A stretch of DNA of 64,000 bases from Sphyrna mokarran (lineage: Eukaryota): positions 558,001-622,000 of the forward strand of contig JAGIQG010000043.1 in NCBI GenBank assembly GCA_024679065.1. The letters run 5' to 3'. Positions 62,230-64,000 of this stretch are shown one piece after another (the first letter of the stretch is position 1; every line of letters begins with the position of its first letter). The notes beneath the pieces are model-generated. The model was not told where the DNA came from and did no database searches. It saw nothing but the letters and a program-made list of their open reading frames with translations. A program made the position numbers and the translations under genes.

Positions 62230-62380
62230 NNNNNNNNNNNNNNNNNNNNNNNNNNNNNNNNNNNNNNNNNNNNNNNNNNNNNNNNNNNNNNNNNNNNNNN
62301 NNNNNNNNNNNNNNNNNNNNNNNNNNNNNNNNNNNNNNNNNNNNNNNNNNNNNNNNNNNNNNNNNNNNNNNNNNNNNNNN
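62230..62380. other. Assembly gap (151 N)
   Basis: Run of N. Confidence 1.
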
Positions 62381-63599
62381 TTCCGTAACATAAATTCGTT
62401 CTTCTCAGTTTTAGAGTTACAATTACACAATGCTCTGTATAACTTTTTAGTGACCAGAATTCAACCCAGAACTGTAAGAAATTTTCCGATTTGATTTGAT
62501 TTGATTTTTATTGTCACATATATTAGTATGCATTAAAAAGTATTGATTTTTTTGCCCAGCGTACAGATAAAGCATACCGTGCATGGAGAATGAAAGGAGA
62601 GAGTACAAATGATAATGTTACTGTCATAGCTAGGGGGCTGAGAAAGATCAATTTAATATGAGGCAGCTCAATTGCAATGTCTGATGGTAGCAGGAAAGAA
62701 GCTGCTTTTAGGCTGGTTAGTGCATGACTTTATGTAAAAAGAACAAAGAAGAACAACACAGCACGGGAAACAGGCCCTTCGACCCAACGAGCCCGCGCCG
62801 CCATTTTAACATCCCACTTCCACACATGACCCTTGTCTATGTTTATGGAAATCCACCTTAGAAACCAGATTGAGGAGACAATTTAAGGACAATTTGTTAC
62901 ATCAATCAGCCTAAGAGGATATCTTTGGGGTGTGGGAGGAAACCGGAATACCTGGAGAAAACCCACGCAAGCACGGGGAGAATGCGCAAACTCGCACAGA
63001 TACTGGGCCAAATCCATGTATCTGCACAGCAAACAATGATAGTCACTGAGTTGTCCATCAACTGATCCAGTTTAAACATACTGTACAGACGTGAAGCACT
63101 AGGGTACTCTCGAAAAATCTAAGAGCAGCCTGCGCACAACCCATCATGTGTATGCCCCTTATTAGACAATAAGGGGGACCGAAGCACCTGTGGAATAAAA
63201 GGGAAAAACACCAAAAACATACACATCTTATGCAATTCCCAGGAACGTCCCAAGGCTCCTGATCCTTATTTAAAACAGCCTTCTATATCTATCTACGTCT
63301 ATTCCGCTCATGTCTACTCACCTCCGCCCTAAATGTTCTACCCGAATCCTCAGAGTGTGACCCCTGGTTCTGAACTCCCCCCACCGTCGGGAACATCCTC
63401 CCTGTATCTATCCTGTTTAGTCCTGTTAGAATTTTAAGTCCCTGTGAAATCCACCCTCATTCGTCAGAACTCCAGTGAAAACAATCCTATCTTGGTCATT
63501 CTCTCCTCATACATCAGCCCCGCTATTTCTCGAATCAGCCTGGTAAACTTACGCTGCACTCCCTCCAAAGCAAGGGCATCTTTCCGAAGTCAGTGCACT

Positions 63600-64000
63600 T
63601 TATATGGCTCTTGCTCTGTCCAAGACCACCAGAACTGGTCTAGTCCCATTACTAAAACCAGCCTCTCATCCATTGAATCTGTCTGCACTTCCCACTACCT
63701 CGGAAAAACAATCATTGTAATTAAGGATGGCACGCATTCTGGACTCACTCTTTTCCAACTTCTTCCGTCGGGAAAAAGATACAAAAGTCTGAAGTCACCT
63801 ACCAATCGACTCAAGAATAGTTTCTTCCCTGTTGCCATCAGACTTTAAAATGGATCTACCTCGCACTAGGTTGCTCTTTCTCTACACCCTAGTTATGACT
63901 GTAACATTTGATTCTCCACTCTCTCATGTCATTTTCTATGAACGGTATGTCTTGTCTGTACAGAGCACAAGAAACAAAACTTTTCATTCTATTCCAATAC
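63600..64000 (+). mobile_element. Rex1/Babar-like LINE 3' fragment
   Basis: LFQLLPSGKRYKSLK..TNRLKNSFFP, a typical Rex1-type ORF end. Confidence 0.75.

Overview
Vertebrate genomic DNA, most likely a shark or other elasmobranch: the window is dense in CR1/HER1-type LINEs with (ATGTTCT)n tails, HE1/V-SINE-like SINEs and Rex1/Babar-like LINE fragments. Most of the window and nearly all long ORFs are retroelement debris; there are two N gaps. Within it lies one apparently intact 8-exon gene on the minus strand (ATG 54511 to TGA 31146; 1008-nt CDS, 335 aa), with all introns GT-AG and phase-compatible. It encodes a non-rearranging antigen-receptor-like IgSF protein: leader, germline-joined V(J) domain, C1-set domain, TM helix and a 73-aa basic tail with one YxxL motif. 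A second leader exon and a probably decayed V exon lie at about 380-1930 on the same strand. Other notable items are a 713-bp solo LTR inside a SINE, a CR1 subfamily carrying a V-SINE core in its 3' UTR, nested CR1 insertions with TSDs, ~51-bp SINE-derived tandem arrays and a ~160-bp hairpin upstream of the gene. Repeat boundaries were read by eye and are approximate; exon boundaries were read base by base.
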